DNA of 64,000 bases from Paraspadella gotoi (GCA_051294375.1 CM119268.1:14341420-14405419), one strand, 5' to 3'. Positions 1 to 22,602 are shown, counted from the first letter of the stretch. Translations and numbers: made by a program. Notes: generated by a model from the sequence alone, not told the origin.

Positions 1-1786
1 AATATTTCCTCTCTTTTCTATTTTTTTTTTCTGTAGCGAAAGAAAAAGGAAGGAACAAAAGGCGGGTTCGAATCTCAGAGAAAAATTTGAGAGAAAGAAT
101 AAAAAAAGGAAAAATTGGATTGAAGTCAAACCGGAGGGAATCCATCTTGGATCCTTTTTCGATGTGGGTCAAACGTTGGAGGAATTTCGTTCAATGGAAT
201 CTGTTGCCGTGGCTCTTTTACCTGACTTACATATTTAACGAAGGGCTTCGAATGGACTATTGTCTGTTATTAAAATAATATTTATTGGATCCTATTTATC
301 ATATTAAGTTATTAATTAAAATTTGTATTTAAGTTTAACCGATGGAAATTGGAGACGCAGACGAGACACGTGGTAAAAGGAAATGGATGACGATTTTTCG
401 CAGCGTTAGACTTTTTGGTGTCTTGTATCGTGTAGGCCCGGTTGTTGCCTCCTGCCCATATCGGGTTGCATGAGCCATCTCTCTCTCNNNNNNNNNNNNN
501 NNNNNNNNNNNNNNNNNNNNNNNNNNNNNNNNNNNNNNNNNNNNNNNNNNNNNNNNNNNNNNNNNNNNNNNNNNNNNNNNNNNNNNNNNNNNNNNNNNNN
601 NNNNNNNNNNNNNNNNNNNNNNNNNNNNNNNNNNNNNNNNNNNNNNNNNNNNNNNNNNNNNNNNNNNNNNNNNNNNNNNNNNNNNNNNNNNNNNNNNNNN
701 NNNNNNNNNNNNNNNNNNNNNNNNNNNNNNNNNNNNNNNNNNNNNNNNNNNNNNNNAGAGAGAGAGAGAGAGAGTGAGTTGAAATCAAAATTTCACACGG
801 AATCTATGTTATCTCTTTAATTTCGCATCACATTTCAGTCCCTTGAGAAAGTCGCTTGAAACATTAACGAACGTTATTCCTCCAGCATTTCAGCATCTTA
901 AATTCCGACTTCCATCTTTTGAGCCAAAAGCTAAGACAGCAACATAAAAAAAAAAGCTACGATGAAAATAAAACAAATAATTCGTTTTCGCCAATCGATT
1001 TCAAGACGTCGTCGCGAGAATATCTATTTCCACCAATGGGAGACTCGAGAATCAATTCCACCAATCACAAGTCGAACAATTCATTATTTTCGTTGTTGGA
1101 CGGAGATAATTAACTGAGCCGCTTTTTTTTTTCCGTAGACAAAGGCGGGGAACGAAATTAGGTTTTGGGCGNNNNNNNNNNNNNNNNNNNNNNNNNNNNN
1201 NNNNNNNNNNNNNNNNNNNNNNNNNNNNNNNNNNNNNNNNNNNNNNNNNNNNNNNNNNNNNNNNNNNNNNNNNNNNNNNNNNNNNNNNNNNNNNNNNNNN
1301 NNNNNNNNNNNNNNNNNNNNNNNNNNNNNNNNNNNNNNNNNNNNNNNNNNNNNNNNNNNNNNNNNNNNNNNNNNNNNNNNNNNNNNNNNNNNNNNNNNNN
1401 NNNNNNNNNNNNNNNNNNNNNNNNNNNNNNNCCTCTCCCCCGACATTTCCTGTATTTTTTAAAAAAACAAATTCTACCACAAATTAATTCTTATGTTTGG
1501 GCGGCGTTCTTGTGAATGTATCTCGTTTGCTTCGTTTTCTTCTTCTTCCTCTTTCTCGTCTCACCCCTCGTTCACATTCTCTCTTCTTCAGCCTCTTCTC
1601 TCTTCTTCATCAACTTTTGTTATTTCAGCCACCGTTTTCCGCCCCCCCTTTCTCTCCCTCCTCTATCTCCCCCTCTTCTTCTCTCTCCCGTCGCTTCCCC
1701 AGTCGCTTCCAAAGTTTTTCGCCCAAAATTGGATCAAAGAGGAAAACCAATTTTTTTCGTGTTTATGTTTCTTACGGCAAGAGAGA

Positions 1787-1849
<63 letters not shown>

Positions 1850-2645
1850 AAAGGTAAAGAAAGGTTAGAAAGAAGAGAAAGAAGTAAGAAAGAAAAAGGA
1901 ACTTTCGCGAGAGGGAAAAAGAAGTTGCACAATTTAGACCCTAAATTTCCCTCACAAACAAGATTACGGCTTCGACGGGAGAGAAAGGTGTTGTTATATC
2001 TTGGCGACCAAAAAAAAAAGTTTTATCTTTTAAAGCTTAAAATAATAAAGAAAAATAACACCAAATTTTTTTTTGTTGGGAGCCGATTAAGTTTAAAATT
2101 AGATTTCGAGAAAATAGGATTGCTTGAAACGCGAAAAGAGGCTGACGTCGAAAAAATGCTTCGACCAGGGATTAACTTGGAAAACGTATTTAAATTTAAT
2201 CCGTCAGAACTTTTAATACAAACACGCGAACGAAATAAAGGAGAAATAATAAAAAAGGGAAGAAAAAAAACTGGGAGATTATCTATCGATTCTCATTTTC
2301 TTTCGCTTCGATCATTAATTCCTGGCCGAAGCCTGGATTCACTTATCAAAGTAATTATTATCCCTGGACTCCAAGGAAAATTGATTTTTTTCCCAGATTG
2401 GTTTCTTCCCAGGAAAGCTTTGGATGCTTGCACGCTTGCACGCTTGCACGATTGCGTGATTGACGATGAAATATGGTTCATATATCTATACAATGTACGA
2501 TAGTGTAATTTAATATATTGCTTTATTGGTTAACAGATTGATAGATTATTTGACCGAATGATTGATTGATTGATTATTTTACTGACTTATTGATCGATTG
2601 ATTGATTAATTCTGACTGATACTGATTGCGATCGATCGTACTCAC

Positions 2646-10924
<8,279 letters not shown>

Positions 10925-11568
10925 CGACGTTCGAGTGTCTTTTACTTCTGTTTTACTTCTGTTGAGTTTTACTTTCGATCGATGTTTTCCTCGATTTTCC
11001 TCGATTTTTTTTTTATTCAGAATTGAATTTCACTTTTCGAGTCAGAGCGAAAGAGATGCGGAAACTTCTGTAACTATGCCAACCGGTGTAGCTTCTTTTA
11101 GGGCTTCAGTTTTTAAATTGATTTCTTTAGACTTGAATTCGTCTCTAGTTTTAGTGACAATAAAAAGTTTCTTCTTTTTACTTTCATCTTTTCAGTTTTT
11201 GGGTTAATTTTCTTCGTTTGGGAGAAAAAATGTTTTCTGAAAAAAAGTCATAAAGAGAATGAATGAATGAATATATTGGAAAAGTGCACATCGAAACTTT
11301 TAATAACATCTCGTTTAACGACTAGAATAAAAACCATGAAAGCATAAACTTTTAAAAAAATTAGAATTAAATAAAAAAAGAAGTCAAAGAAAGATATAAG
11401 TATAAATGCAAAGAGCCGTTCGCTCTACATGTTCCCGCTGTTCGAAATCTAATAAAGAAAAACAATTTCGTTGCGAAAAAGGGAGAACGATTTCTTGGAA
11501 ATGGAAATGTCGATATCACGAAACAATAAAAAAATATTCAGAAGTGAGAAGAGAGAGAGAGAGAAGAG

Positions 11569-11630
<62 letters not shown>

Positions 11631-11750
11631 GAGAGTCAGACGGCGAGAAGAAATGAAAAAACTGTCAAACGAGGTCGGTTAATAAGGCCGTGAAGGAAAA
11701 AGGACGAAGTCAATAAACGAGGGGTCGATTTGAAAAAAAAAAAAAAAAAG

Positions 11751-11817
<67 letters not shown>

Positions 11818-12901
11818 AGAGGAGATAGAGAGAGAGGAGAGAGATGAGAGAGAGAGTGAAGCGATTGGCGTTTTCTGTTTTCCCATGAAGATGTTTGACC
11901 CTGGCCCGTCGGGGTCAGATCTGGGTCAAGGCTCAGCTCACCAGGGGGCGGATGAAATCGATGCCTGGAGGGCGAGGCAGAGACGGAAAAGTGAGGGGGC
12001 GTGAAGGATGAGAAGGGTCGGCGTTTAGCACGCGCGCGTATCCCGAAACGAGATGGCGTTTGCTTTCCAGACTTCAAAAAAAAAAAAAAAAAAAAAAAAG
12101 GAAAAAAAAAGCGGGACGGGCGACGTCGACGCTTGACGAGGTTACGTTTGACGTCAAGACTTTTGACTAAATTATGACGGTAATTTCGAAGAGCGTCTCC
12201 CCGATTTTTGACGAGAGGCGACAAAAGGTGACGCTCGCGAATTCGACGCCGAATCTCGTCGTCGTCGGTGGCGTCGTCGTTCTCACAGTCGTCGTCGTAG
12301 TCCTGGTCGTCGTCGTCGTTTCTTCGATGGCAAAGACTTGCTAAAAATGACAGCCGCATGCCGCTTTCGCCGGCGCCGCCGCCGTCGGCGCCACCTGATG
12401 TTTCCTAATGGCGCCCGTTAATTTTATTTCGCAAATATGGTGGCAACCATTTTCGATTTTTTTTATAGTTAAAAGTTAAANNNNNNNNNNNNNNNNNNNN
12501 NNNNNNNNNNNNNNNNNNNNNNNNNNNNNNNNNNNNNNNNNNNNNNNNNNNNNNNNNNNNNNNNNNNNNNNNNNNNNNNNNNNNNNNNNNNNNNNNNNNN
12601 NNNNNNNNNNNNNNNNNNNNNNNNNNNNNNNNNNNNNNNAAAAAAGAAAAGAAGGAAAAGAGTAAGGAAGTAAGTAAGTAAGACAAAATGCAAGGCAAGT
12701 AAAAAGGCAAGTCAAGGTAAGGTAAGGTAAGGTAAGTTACGGAGAGTCACCAGGAGGAAAGGATAATCAAGGCGAAAAGAAGAAAAAAAAAAGAATAAAA
12801 AAGAAAAGAAGGCGGAAAGAAGCAAAGGACTAAGGAGGCTTTGAAGAAATCGGGAGAGAAAATCGAGTTTCGATAATTTGGACGACGACGACGACGACGA
12901 A

Positions 12902-12944
<43 letters not shown>

Positions 12945-13434
12945 CCGTCGACAATATTAGACTCGAAGACAACAATTATATTCCTTCAAAATCAGAACCA
13001 GTTTAATTCCGAGGAGAATAACAACAACGACAATCTCAAAAAAAGAACAACAACCGGCCCGGCTTCTCACACTCGATATAAGTTATGACGCCGGAAAAAA
13101 CAATGGGCTCAATCTTTCTTAGTTTGCGCCTCTCACTCTCTCTCTATCTTTGTTCTTTATCTCCCTCTCTCGCCGAAAATAACCGAAACCTCATAAAAAA
13201 GTGATGTAGCGTTTTTATTGGGAGGAAGGGAGAGAGAGAGAGAGAGAGAGANNNNNNNNNNNNNNNNNNNNNNNNNTTTTTCCCAAAAACCTCTTTCTTT
13301 TTTTTTCCCTCCCCCCCCCCCCCCCAAAACCCGGGGGGGCCCCCCCTTTTTTTTCCTCCCGCCATCCAAGAGTCGGTTCCTCTCTTTATTTAGTTTTTCC
13401 GCTTCATTTTTCTTTTCTCCTCATTTTCTCCGCT

Positions 13435-13472
<38 letters not shown>

Positions 13473-13774
13473 CTCATCTCTCTCTCTCTCGTCTCTCTCT
13501 TCTCTCTCTCTCTCTCATTTTTTTTTTGGTCTTTTATTAATTCTTTTTTCTTTCTTTTCTCGTTTATTCTCTTTCATTCTCTCCTCTGCTCCTTTTCTCT
13601 CACGCTTGGGCTTTTCCGTATTTTTCTTTTCTTCCAACCTCCATTTCGACGAGACTTATGCTCATCGTCTGGGATATACCATCGTTTCTCTTCTCTCTCT
13701 CTTTTCTCATTCTCTCTCTCGTCTCCTCTTCTCTCTCTCTCTCTCATTCTCTCTTCTCTCGCTCTCCTCTCTCT

Positions 13775-14198
13775 CACTCTCTCTCTCGTCCCTTCCTCCT
13801 CAATAAAAAACGCTACATCACTTTTTTATGAAGGTTGTTCGGTTATTTTCGGAGCGAGGAGAGGGAGATAAAGAAAAAAGATAGAGATGGAGTGAGAGGC
13901 GCAAACTTAAAGAAAAAGACTTTGAGCTCTTCCATTGTTTTTTCCGGCGTCATATAACTGCTATATCGAGTGTGTAGGAGGCCGGCGGTTGCATTAGTTC
14001 TTTTTTTGAGTTGTCGATTGTTGTTATTCTCCTCTGGAATTAAACTGGTTCGTGATTTTGAAGGAATAAATTGTTGTCTCGGAGTCTAAATATTGTCGCG
14101 CGTCGTCGTCGTCTCGTCGCCGTCGTCGGTCGTCGTCGTCTCATCGTCTCGTTCGTTGTTTTCGCGTCGTTCTGTCCGTCGAATTTAAGTCTCGATTT
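13775..14198 (-). repeat. Inverted, indel-rich copy of ~12860-13250
   Basis: For example caataaaaaacgctacatcacttttttatg at 13801 is the reverse complement of cataaaaaagtgatgtagcgtttttattg at ~13192. Similarity continues through the (GTC)n tract. Confidence 0.9.
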
Positions 14199-14203
14199 CA
14201 TGC

Positions 14204-14284
14204 TCGTCGTAAAAACGGAGAAAGGGAGAACCTACGAAGATGGCGCGACGTCGAGAGAGGTGCCTAACACTGGGCGGAGAGAGA

Positions 14285-14317
<33 letters not shown>

Positions 14318-14323
14318 GAGAGC

Positions 14324-14361
<38 letters not shown>

Positions 14362-15267
14362 CGAGAGAGAGAAAGAGAAATTGTTCTCTATACAAATAAC
14401 AATCAGCAAGAAATAAAGAAGCAATACGAAAAGTAGGTTGGAGATACTTACTCTCTCGCATTTAGTTTGAGAAGGGTTGGTGAGGAGGAAGAGGAAGAGG
14501 AGATGAGGAAGGAGGAAATCGATATAGCGCGCGTAGGGGACGCCTCGTCACTCTCCAACTTCCGGTTTCGCTCGGTTTTCCACTCGCAGTCGCGCCCATG
14601 GCGACGGGCGACGGAGTTTTTTCCGCCGCTAGGCGGCATCGACGTTCGAGTGTCTTTATTCTGTTTAACTTCTGTGAGTTTTACTTCGATCGATGTTTTT
14701 CCTCCGATTTTCCTCGATGATTTTTTTTTTTATTCAGAATTGAATTACACTTTCGAGTCAGAGCGAAAAGAGATGCGGAACTCTGTACCTATGCCAACCG
14801 GTGAGCTTCTTTTAGGGCTTAGTTTTTAAATTGATTTCTTTAGACTTGAAATTCGTCTCTAGTTTTTAGTGACAATAAAAAGTTTTTTCTTTTTACTTTT
14901 AATCTTTTCAGTTTTTTGGTTAATTTTCTTCGTTTTGGGACAAAAAAATGTTTTCTGAAAAAAAGTCATAAAGAGAATGAATGAATAATATATTGGAAAA
15001 GGTGCACAATCGAATACTTTTAATAAATCTCGTTAACGACTAGACAAAAACCATGAAGCATACAACCTTTTTAAAAAATAGAATTAAATAAAAAAGCAGT
15101 CAATAGAAAGATATAAGTATAAAATGCAAAGAGCCGTTCGCTCTACCAAGTTCCCGCTGTTCCGAATCTAATAAGAAAACCAATTTTCGCTTGCGAAAAG
15201 GGTTAGAACGATTTCTTGGAAATGGAAATGTCGATATCACGAAACAATAAAAAAGTATTCAGAGTGA

Positions 15268-15310
<43 letters not shown>

Positions 15311-15441
15311 AGAGAGAAGAGAGGAGAGAGGAGAGAGAGAGAGAAGAGAAGTCAGACAGGCGACGAAGAAATGAAAAACTGTCAAACGAGGTCGGTTAAA
15401 AGGCCGTGAAGGAAAAAGGACGAAGTCAATAACAGGGGTCG
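14204..15441 (+). repeat. Direct, indel-rich copy of 10509-11727 (Eph 5' end); likely assembly artefact
   Basis: Collinear from tcgtcgtaaaa(a)cggagaaagggagaacct to aggacgaagtcaataa..ggggtcg, with scattered single-base indels. Confidence 0.92.
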
Positions 15442-17156
15442 GAGGTTGAAATCCCAAAGTTTTAGTCGAGGCGACAGAAGAGAAAATTGGAAAAAGGTCA
15501 AAGGTTAAACTTTGTATTTAGGGAGATGCTATTCGCCGTTATGAGAAGGAAGAGGAGGGGAAATAGAAGGATCGGGAAAAAAAGAAACACAAGAAAAGGT
15601 GGCAACGGTTGGAAGAAAGAAAGAAAAGAAAAAGAAGGAAAAAAAACGAAAATGAAATGAGAAAAAATTGGAGGGCGAAGAAGATCGGAAGAAGGAAAAA
15701 AAAAAAGATGGCGACGACGGTGAAGATTGAAACGAAGAAATATAAAAGGTGAGAGGAAAGGAAGAGAAAAAGTCGCTATCGAATCGTGAATGACGGGTAA
15801 AGTATTGAGGCGACCCCGACGGGCCGAGGGTCAAAGTTCATAAAACGAGAGGAAGAACTCGGGAGGAAACGGCGGGGGGGTGGAGGAAGGGAAAAAAAGA
15901 GGAAAGGAGGAAAGGAGGCAGAAAAAAGGATGAGGAAAAAAAAAAGAGAAAGAAATATAATGGATTCGGGTATCAATAAACTAACTAAACTTTGTAATAC
16001 TGAGTTCGTTAGTTTTTTCGAATATTGTATAGCGTTTACCATCGCTGATCGTTGAAGTCATGACGACCCAATGTTCAATGAAGCTTTGCTCCTCTCTGAA
16101 AATGAGAAATTGAATAGAAAGAAAAGAGAAAAGAAGGAATGAAAGGACAAAAAGAGGAAAAGAAAACAGAAAAAAAAACAAAAAAAAAAACTCGAATTAA
16201 GGCTAAGGCTGGAAAGAAAGCAGAAACTCTCAGTCTCTTTCAAACGGAAAAAAAAAAGAAAAGAAAAAGAAAAAGAAAGAAAACTCGCGGCATCTTCTCC
16301 GCCTGCCTTTAAACTTTCCTTCCATTAAAGGCGCGAAAAAAAATCGAAAGAGGGATAACCCGGCGCCATCGCGCTCGCGCGTGGAGACGCTACGACCCCG
16401 AACGCAGCGCCCCCTCAACGTCGAGCTTTCTTTCTCTCGTCACTCTCGCCCTCTCTTTGTTTCCAGAACGCGCCGGATTTCTGAACACACTGAAATCGGA
16501 GGAACAGGCCTCCTGAATCGTCACTCCCTTTAAAGAAACGCCGTTTCTCCTTGAATCGTTCGACTCACGAACTCGCGACGTGGAATTTAGTATTACTTGG
16601 AATTTAGTATTACTTGGAAGTCGACAAAGAATGTTCTAGAAATTTCCTCCTCTGTTGACATTTATAAGAAATATTTCCATAATATTATTTGAAAGATGCC
16701 ACTTCTTGTGAACAGCCAAAAATTGTATTAAATTGAAATTTTTAGGGGAACGAATAGAGAGAGAGAAGAGAGAGAAGAGAGGAGAGAGATAGAGAGAGAG
16801 ACGATGAGACGAAGAGAAAGAGAGAGAGAGAGAAAGGGAGAAGAAGGAGGAGAGAAGAGAGATCGGGAGAAGAATTGAAGGGTCAAAGTTTGAGGAGCGA
16901 AAAGCCATTTAATTTGATAGAGCCGAGAGGCGACTGTGGGGAAAGAAGACTAGAAAAGGTAAGTTGGGGTGAGGTACTGAAGATATTTTCGCCCGCGATC
17001 AATTTATGGAACCGCGCAACGAAAGGTAAGTCACGAGAAACGACGAAAGAGTTATGCGCCAGAGGAAGAGGGATTTTTAATGGCGGGAAAGTACTTAAGG
17101 AGGTTGACGATATCGTTCGGAGGCGGGAGGCAACGGCGTCGTTGGCAACGAGGCGG

Positions 17157-17187
<31 letters not shown>

Positions 17188-17495
17188 GTGGCTGCGAAGC
17201 CGATGAGGGTTAAGAGGATCGAGGAGGCGCGGAAGGCTCAGGTGAGGTCTTAGAGGAAAAAGGAGGAAAGAAAAATGAAATAAAAAAAAGAAATGAGATC
17301 AGATACTCAGGGAACTGAGGAAAGAGAAGAAAAAAGAAAAAAAAAAGAAAAAATAGAAAGAAAGTATGTAAGATGAAAGAACGTAAGCCTTTTAAAATGA
17401 GTCTTAAAAGTTAAAGCTTATATGCAAAAAGAATGGAGAAAAGACAAAAAAGGGAAAAGCCGATTCCCGCTCTGCGAAAACGAAGACGATAAAAC

Positions 17496-17605
<110 letters not shown>

Positions 17606-18435
17606 CAAACGTCGAAGTAAAAGCCAATCCCCGGAAAATTCAAGGGGACAAGCGAGGGCAACTTATAAAATGAGTCTAATCCCCCGCGTAGACAATGAGA
17701 GTGTCACGTGGCTAGTCACTACGGCTGTTACGTCGAGTGTCACGCCAGGCTTTTAGCATATACTGATGTGTTTTTTGGCAATGCCTAGAGTAGTATTTTA
17801 TTTTCTAAATAAATGTTAAAGATAAGAGAAAAAAGAGGAAGTGGTAAAAATATTTAAAAGCTCGCAGATCTGGCAATGAAGCTTCTCAGAATAAGGACAC
17901 GTTGGCCGAAGCAACTGAATAACAAAAGAGAAAAGGATAGAAAACAAGAGCCGGAAGTACAACACAGCGAAAACAACAACAACAACAACAGCGACATCTT
18001 GCGAAGGACTTTTCCCCTCTGGACTCGTGATGCAACTCGACGCGAAGAGACGAGGGAATCGAGAACGAGGCTGAGAAGAAGATGGAGAGATGGAGGGAGG
18101 GGACTACGCCCCCTCTGTCGAAGACCTTAAAAGGTTTGGTTGATAGAGAGANNNNNNNNNNNNNNNNNNNNNNNNNNNNNNNNNNNNNNNNNNNNNNNNN
18201 NNNNNNNNNNNNNNNNNNNNNNNNNNNNNNNNNNNNNNNNNNNNNNNNNNNNNNNNNNNNNNNNNNNNNNNNNNNNNNNNNNNNNNNNNNNNNNNNNNNN
18301 NNNNNNNNNNNNNNNNNNNNNNNNNNNNNNNNNNNNNNNNNNNNNNNNNNNNNNNNNNNNNNNNNNNNNNNNNNNNNNNNNNNNNNNNNNNNNNNNNNNN
18401 NNNNNNNNNNNNNNNNNNNNNNNNNNNNNNNNNNN

Positions 18436-18471
<36 letters not shown>

Positions 18472-18862
18472 CATTCGTTCTTTGTTTCTTGTGCAAGAGA
18501 AGATTCACTTACCCTAATTAAATCCATTCCACGTCGTTGCCATCTTTGATTTCGTTCTTTCATATATATATTCTTTCATATATTTACACGTTTCTTTAGT
18601 TGTACACTGTTTTCTGTAATTTAAGTATTTTATATTTTCCTAATTCTTTGATTTTCCAAATAAATTTTGAATTTTCTTTTTTTTTTAACCAGATGTCCCT
18701 TTCAAAACATTATTCACATTCTCTTTCATTTCTTTGTTCTTTATTTTCATTCCCGTTTTTTTTTTTATTTCTTTTCCCCAACGCTTGTTTTCGTCGTCGC
18801 CAAAGTTGTTAACGAAAGCGGCGGCTTCTTTGTAAAGAGTCTTTCCACTTTCCTGGGAGGAC

Positions 18863-18981
<119 letters not shown>

Positions 18982-19337
18982 GGTCTGTTTTTTTCCTTCC
19001 AGTCTTTTTTTCTTATTTGTATTTCTTTTCTTAAATATCTTCCTCTTTCCTTTTTTTTTCTCCCCTTCTTTTTTCTCTCTCTTCGTACTTCTCACCCTAT
19101 TCCTCCTCNNNNNNNNNNNNNNNNNNNNNNNNNNNNNNNNNNNNNNNNNNNNNNNNNNNNNNNNNNNNNNNNNNNNNNNNNNNNNNNNNNNNNNNNNNNN
19201 NNNNNNNNNNNNNNNNNNNNNNNNNNNNNNNNNNNNNNNNNNNNNNNNNNNNNNNNNNNNNNNNNNNNNNNNNNNNNNNNNNNNNNNNNNNNNNNNNNNN
19301 NNNNNNNNNNNNNNNNNNNNNNNNNNNNNNNNNNNNN

Positions 19338-19374
<37 letters not shown>

Positions 19375-20277
19375 AAAGGAAGACCTGAAAGGGAGGCGAG
19401 GTCCTTTGCTGTCTGCAGCCAGATTCCGATTTGGATTGAAGAAGGTGATTGAAGCTAAAAGGAACGAGTAGGGAAAGAATGAGGGTAAGGCGTTGGGATG
19501 GCTTCATTTTGAAGGAAGCCAATCCTTGTGCCAGGTGAGGTCAAACTCGAGGGTGAGGAGACTCTTCCGTGACCCGCGGGTGAGTTTTTCTCCGAAACTC
19601 GAGTCGGAGGAAACGTTTGTTTTGGGAGGAGGAGTGAGGAAAAGGAAAAGGAAAAAGAAAAGGAAAAGGAAGAAAGTGCAAGAGAGAAAAAAGGGGAAAA
19701 ATTGTTTACAGGATGGAAAGGTGAAATAAAGGAAAAGAAAAAAAAGGATTAAGGAAAGAACTAAGGAAGATTTGAAAAACCAGAAGACGAAGAGGCGGCT
19801 AAAGAAGGGCAAAAAGAAAAGAGACAAAGAAACTAAGGAAAAGAGAGAACTGATGTTGAGGAAAGGAAAAGACTTGAATCCGAGAGTCAAAGTGCAGAGA
19901 AAAGGAGGACGATTAGGTAAGGAACGAAGTCAGCGACGCTGACGGCGGAGAGAGTAAGTTAGAGAAGGTGAGTGAGCTAAGGGTCAACGATGACGAATTT
20001 GGCGAATGGGGAAACAATGACAGTTGGAAAAGGCGATTTATTGATTGATGAATGATGAAAGGATATATTAGCGGTGATGTAAAGTTGAAAAGGAAATGAT
20101 GGAGAGGGGAAAATAAAATTATTAGAGATCAAGATTCAAACTTTAATAAATCTAGCGAGAACGCGGTCGAAGTTTTGAGAAAAATAGAAAACGTGAGTGA
20201 GTAGAAAAAAGTCGCCCACCCAACCTCGTTTGACTAAACCGCCATTTGCAGGATTTCGTGCGTCTTTCCTTGCACGC

Positions 20278-20332
<55 letters not shown>

Positions 20333-21494
20333 GTGGGCGAGTGTTTGGCGCGTGAAACTCGCCGTTTCGCCATCGGCGTCTTTCGCCCGCCACCTGGGAC
20401 GAGAACAAATAGTCGTAAAGAGCAAAATAAACTCAAAATGAGATTTCTACCCTTTCCTTTTTTTCCCTTGCTTTTTACTTTCCTTTTTTCTTCTTTTCCT
20501 CTCCTTTCCTTTTCTTTCCTTCTCCCAGTTCCCCACAGTCGTTTTCACCTCTTTTCCTCTTAACGCTTCACGCGTTGCCCAGGCGTTTTAGACTTTCTTT
20601 TCGAAACCGTTTTTCCTCCACTAACGCGCGGTCTCTCTCTCTTTCTCTCTCTCTCTNNNNNNNNNNNNNNNNNNNNNNNNNNNNNNNNNNNNNNNNNNNN
20701 NNNNNNNNNNNNNNNNNNNNNNNNNNNNNNNNNNNNNNNNNNNNNNNNNNNNNNNNNNNNNNNNNNNNNNNNTCGCACTGAATCGAGGCCTCGATCTCCT
20801 TTTAATTGAGCCGATTGGGATTTTTTCCTCGAGCTGGAAAGAGTAAACCGAGTTGAGTTTCAGGCGCTACTCACGGAGCGGAGCGAGAAGCGAAGCGCGG
20901 AGCGTGCTGCGTGCTGCGGAGCAGAAAGCGGAGCAGCGGCGTCAGTAGCGGTACAAGGGGCATTGGTTAACGTCGATACCGCTCAAAGACCGTTGCCTTG
21001 TTTTTTGCTTTTTTTAACAGACTTTGTTTAGTTATGAGGCACAGTAGCTGCTGGACAATAAAAGGTAAAATACGAATAATTAATTAAAATTGAAATAAAG
21101 TATGACACAATCTCAAATTGGTGCTTTGTTTTTGACCTTCGATTGTACAAATAGTTTTCGACTTGAGCCTTCTGATNNNNNNNNNNNNNNNNNNNNNNNN
21201 NNNNNNNNNNNNNNNNNNNNNNNNNNNNNNNNNNNNNNNNNNNNNNNNNNNNNNNNNNNNNNNNNNNNNNNNNNNNNNNNNNNNNNNNNNNNNNNNNNNN
21301 NNNNNNNNNNNNNNNNNNNNNNNNNNNNNNNNNNNNNNNNNNNNNNNNNNNNNNNNNNNNNNNNNNNNNNNNNNNNNNNNNNNNNNNNNNNNNNNNNNNN
21401 NNNNNNNNNNNNNNNNNNNNNNNNNNNNNNNNNNNNNNNNNNNNNNNNNNNNNNNNNNNNNNNNNNNNNNNNNNNNNNNNNNNNNNNNNNNNNN

Positions 21495-21525
<31 letters not shown>

Positions 21526-21586
21526 CAGATAGACCAAAAGAAAGAAAGAAAGAATTAAAGAAAAAATGAAAGAAAAAAAGAAAGAG

Positions 21587-21653
<67 letters not shown>

Positions 21654-21985
21654 CAGCAATGCTCTCGGGGGTGCGTGCGTTTTAACGCGTGCGCGACATG
21701 TCGGTCGCGTGTTCATTTATCCCCAGACACAAAAATATGGCGCCGCGCGTCGAGTCTTCGATCGAGAGGCTCTGATTGGCCCTTACGAGGGCTTCCTATT
21801 GGTCGGTTGCGGTTCGAACCCGGGTTGGTCCATAGAGACCCCGCCCCGTAGACGTCGCCCGCCCTGAATTCTCAAAGGCGACGTCGGCGGTCGAACTCTC
21901 AAACGCCGCGCGCCAACGTCAACGAAGATTCTCCGCTTTTTCGTGATAAATCGAAGAACGATGGAGTGGCGAGAGAGAGCGAGAT

Positions 21986-22078
<93 letters not shown>

Positions 22079-22499
22079 CTGAGCCTGAAGGAAGTGGCCG
22101 TGTGAGTAAAAGTGAGACAGAGAGAGAGATACTTGACTTTTGTTCTATCGTCGAGAAAAACGAGTAGGAGTTTCCAGAAAAGAAAAGAAAAACATATATT
22201 GGTTGTACCAATTTCATAAACAAAAAAAGAAGAAAAAAAGAAACAAAGAAAAAAAGACTCACGGACAGAATTCGGGAAGAAAATTTGAGTGATGTCATTT
22301 GTGAAGCAAGTGAATCTCATCCAGTTTTGTGAATGGTGATTGTTTATCGAAGCCAAAAAAACTGAAAAGAGAGAAAAAAATTGAGAGAAAAAAGAGGATT
22401 TATCATGGAAACTCTAAAACGGCTTATCACGAATTCGCTCTCCTCGCTTTGGTCTCTGGTCTCCCAGCAGCGACGTGTTATCTCCGTTTTTCCACTCAA

Positions 22500-22602
<103 letters not shown>

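Noticed and set aside
1493-2503. 336-aa plus-strand ORF and the many other ERERER/SLSLSL/SFFL ORFs
   Set aside because: They are open only because GA/CT and A/T-rich low-complexity tracts lack stops; no domain or splice support.
14448-14639. Second MPPSGG... ORF suggesting an Eph paralogue or pseudogene
   Set aside because: It lies in the indel-noisy copy of 10509-11727 next to a 25-N gap and has no downstream Eph exons.
21805-21830. GGTTCGAACCC B-box-like motif (a similar one at 64-76)
   Set aside because: No A-box, no cloverleaf and no similarity to the SINE body.
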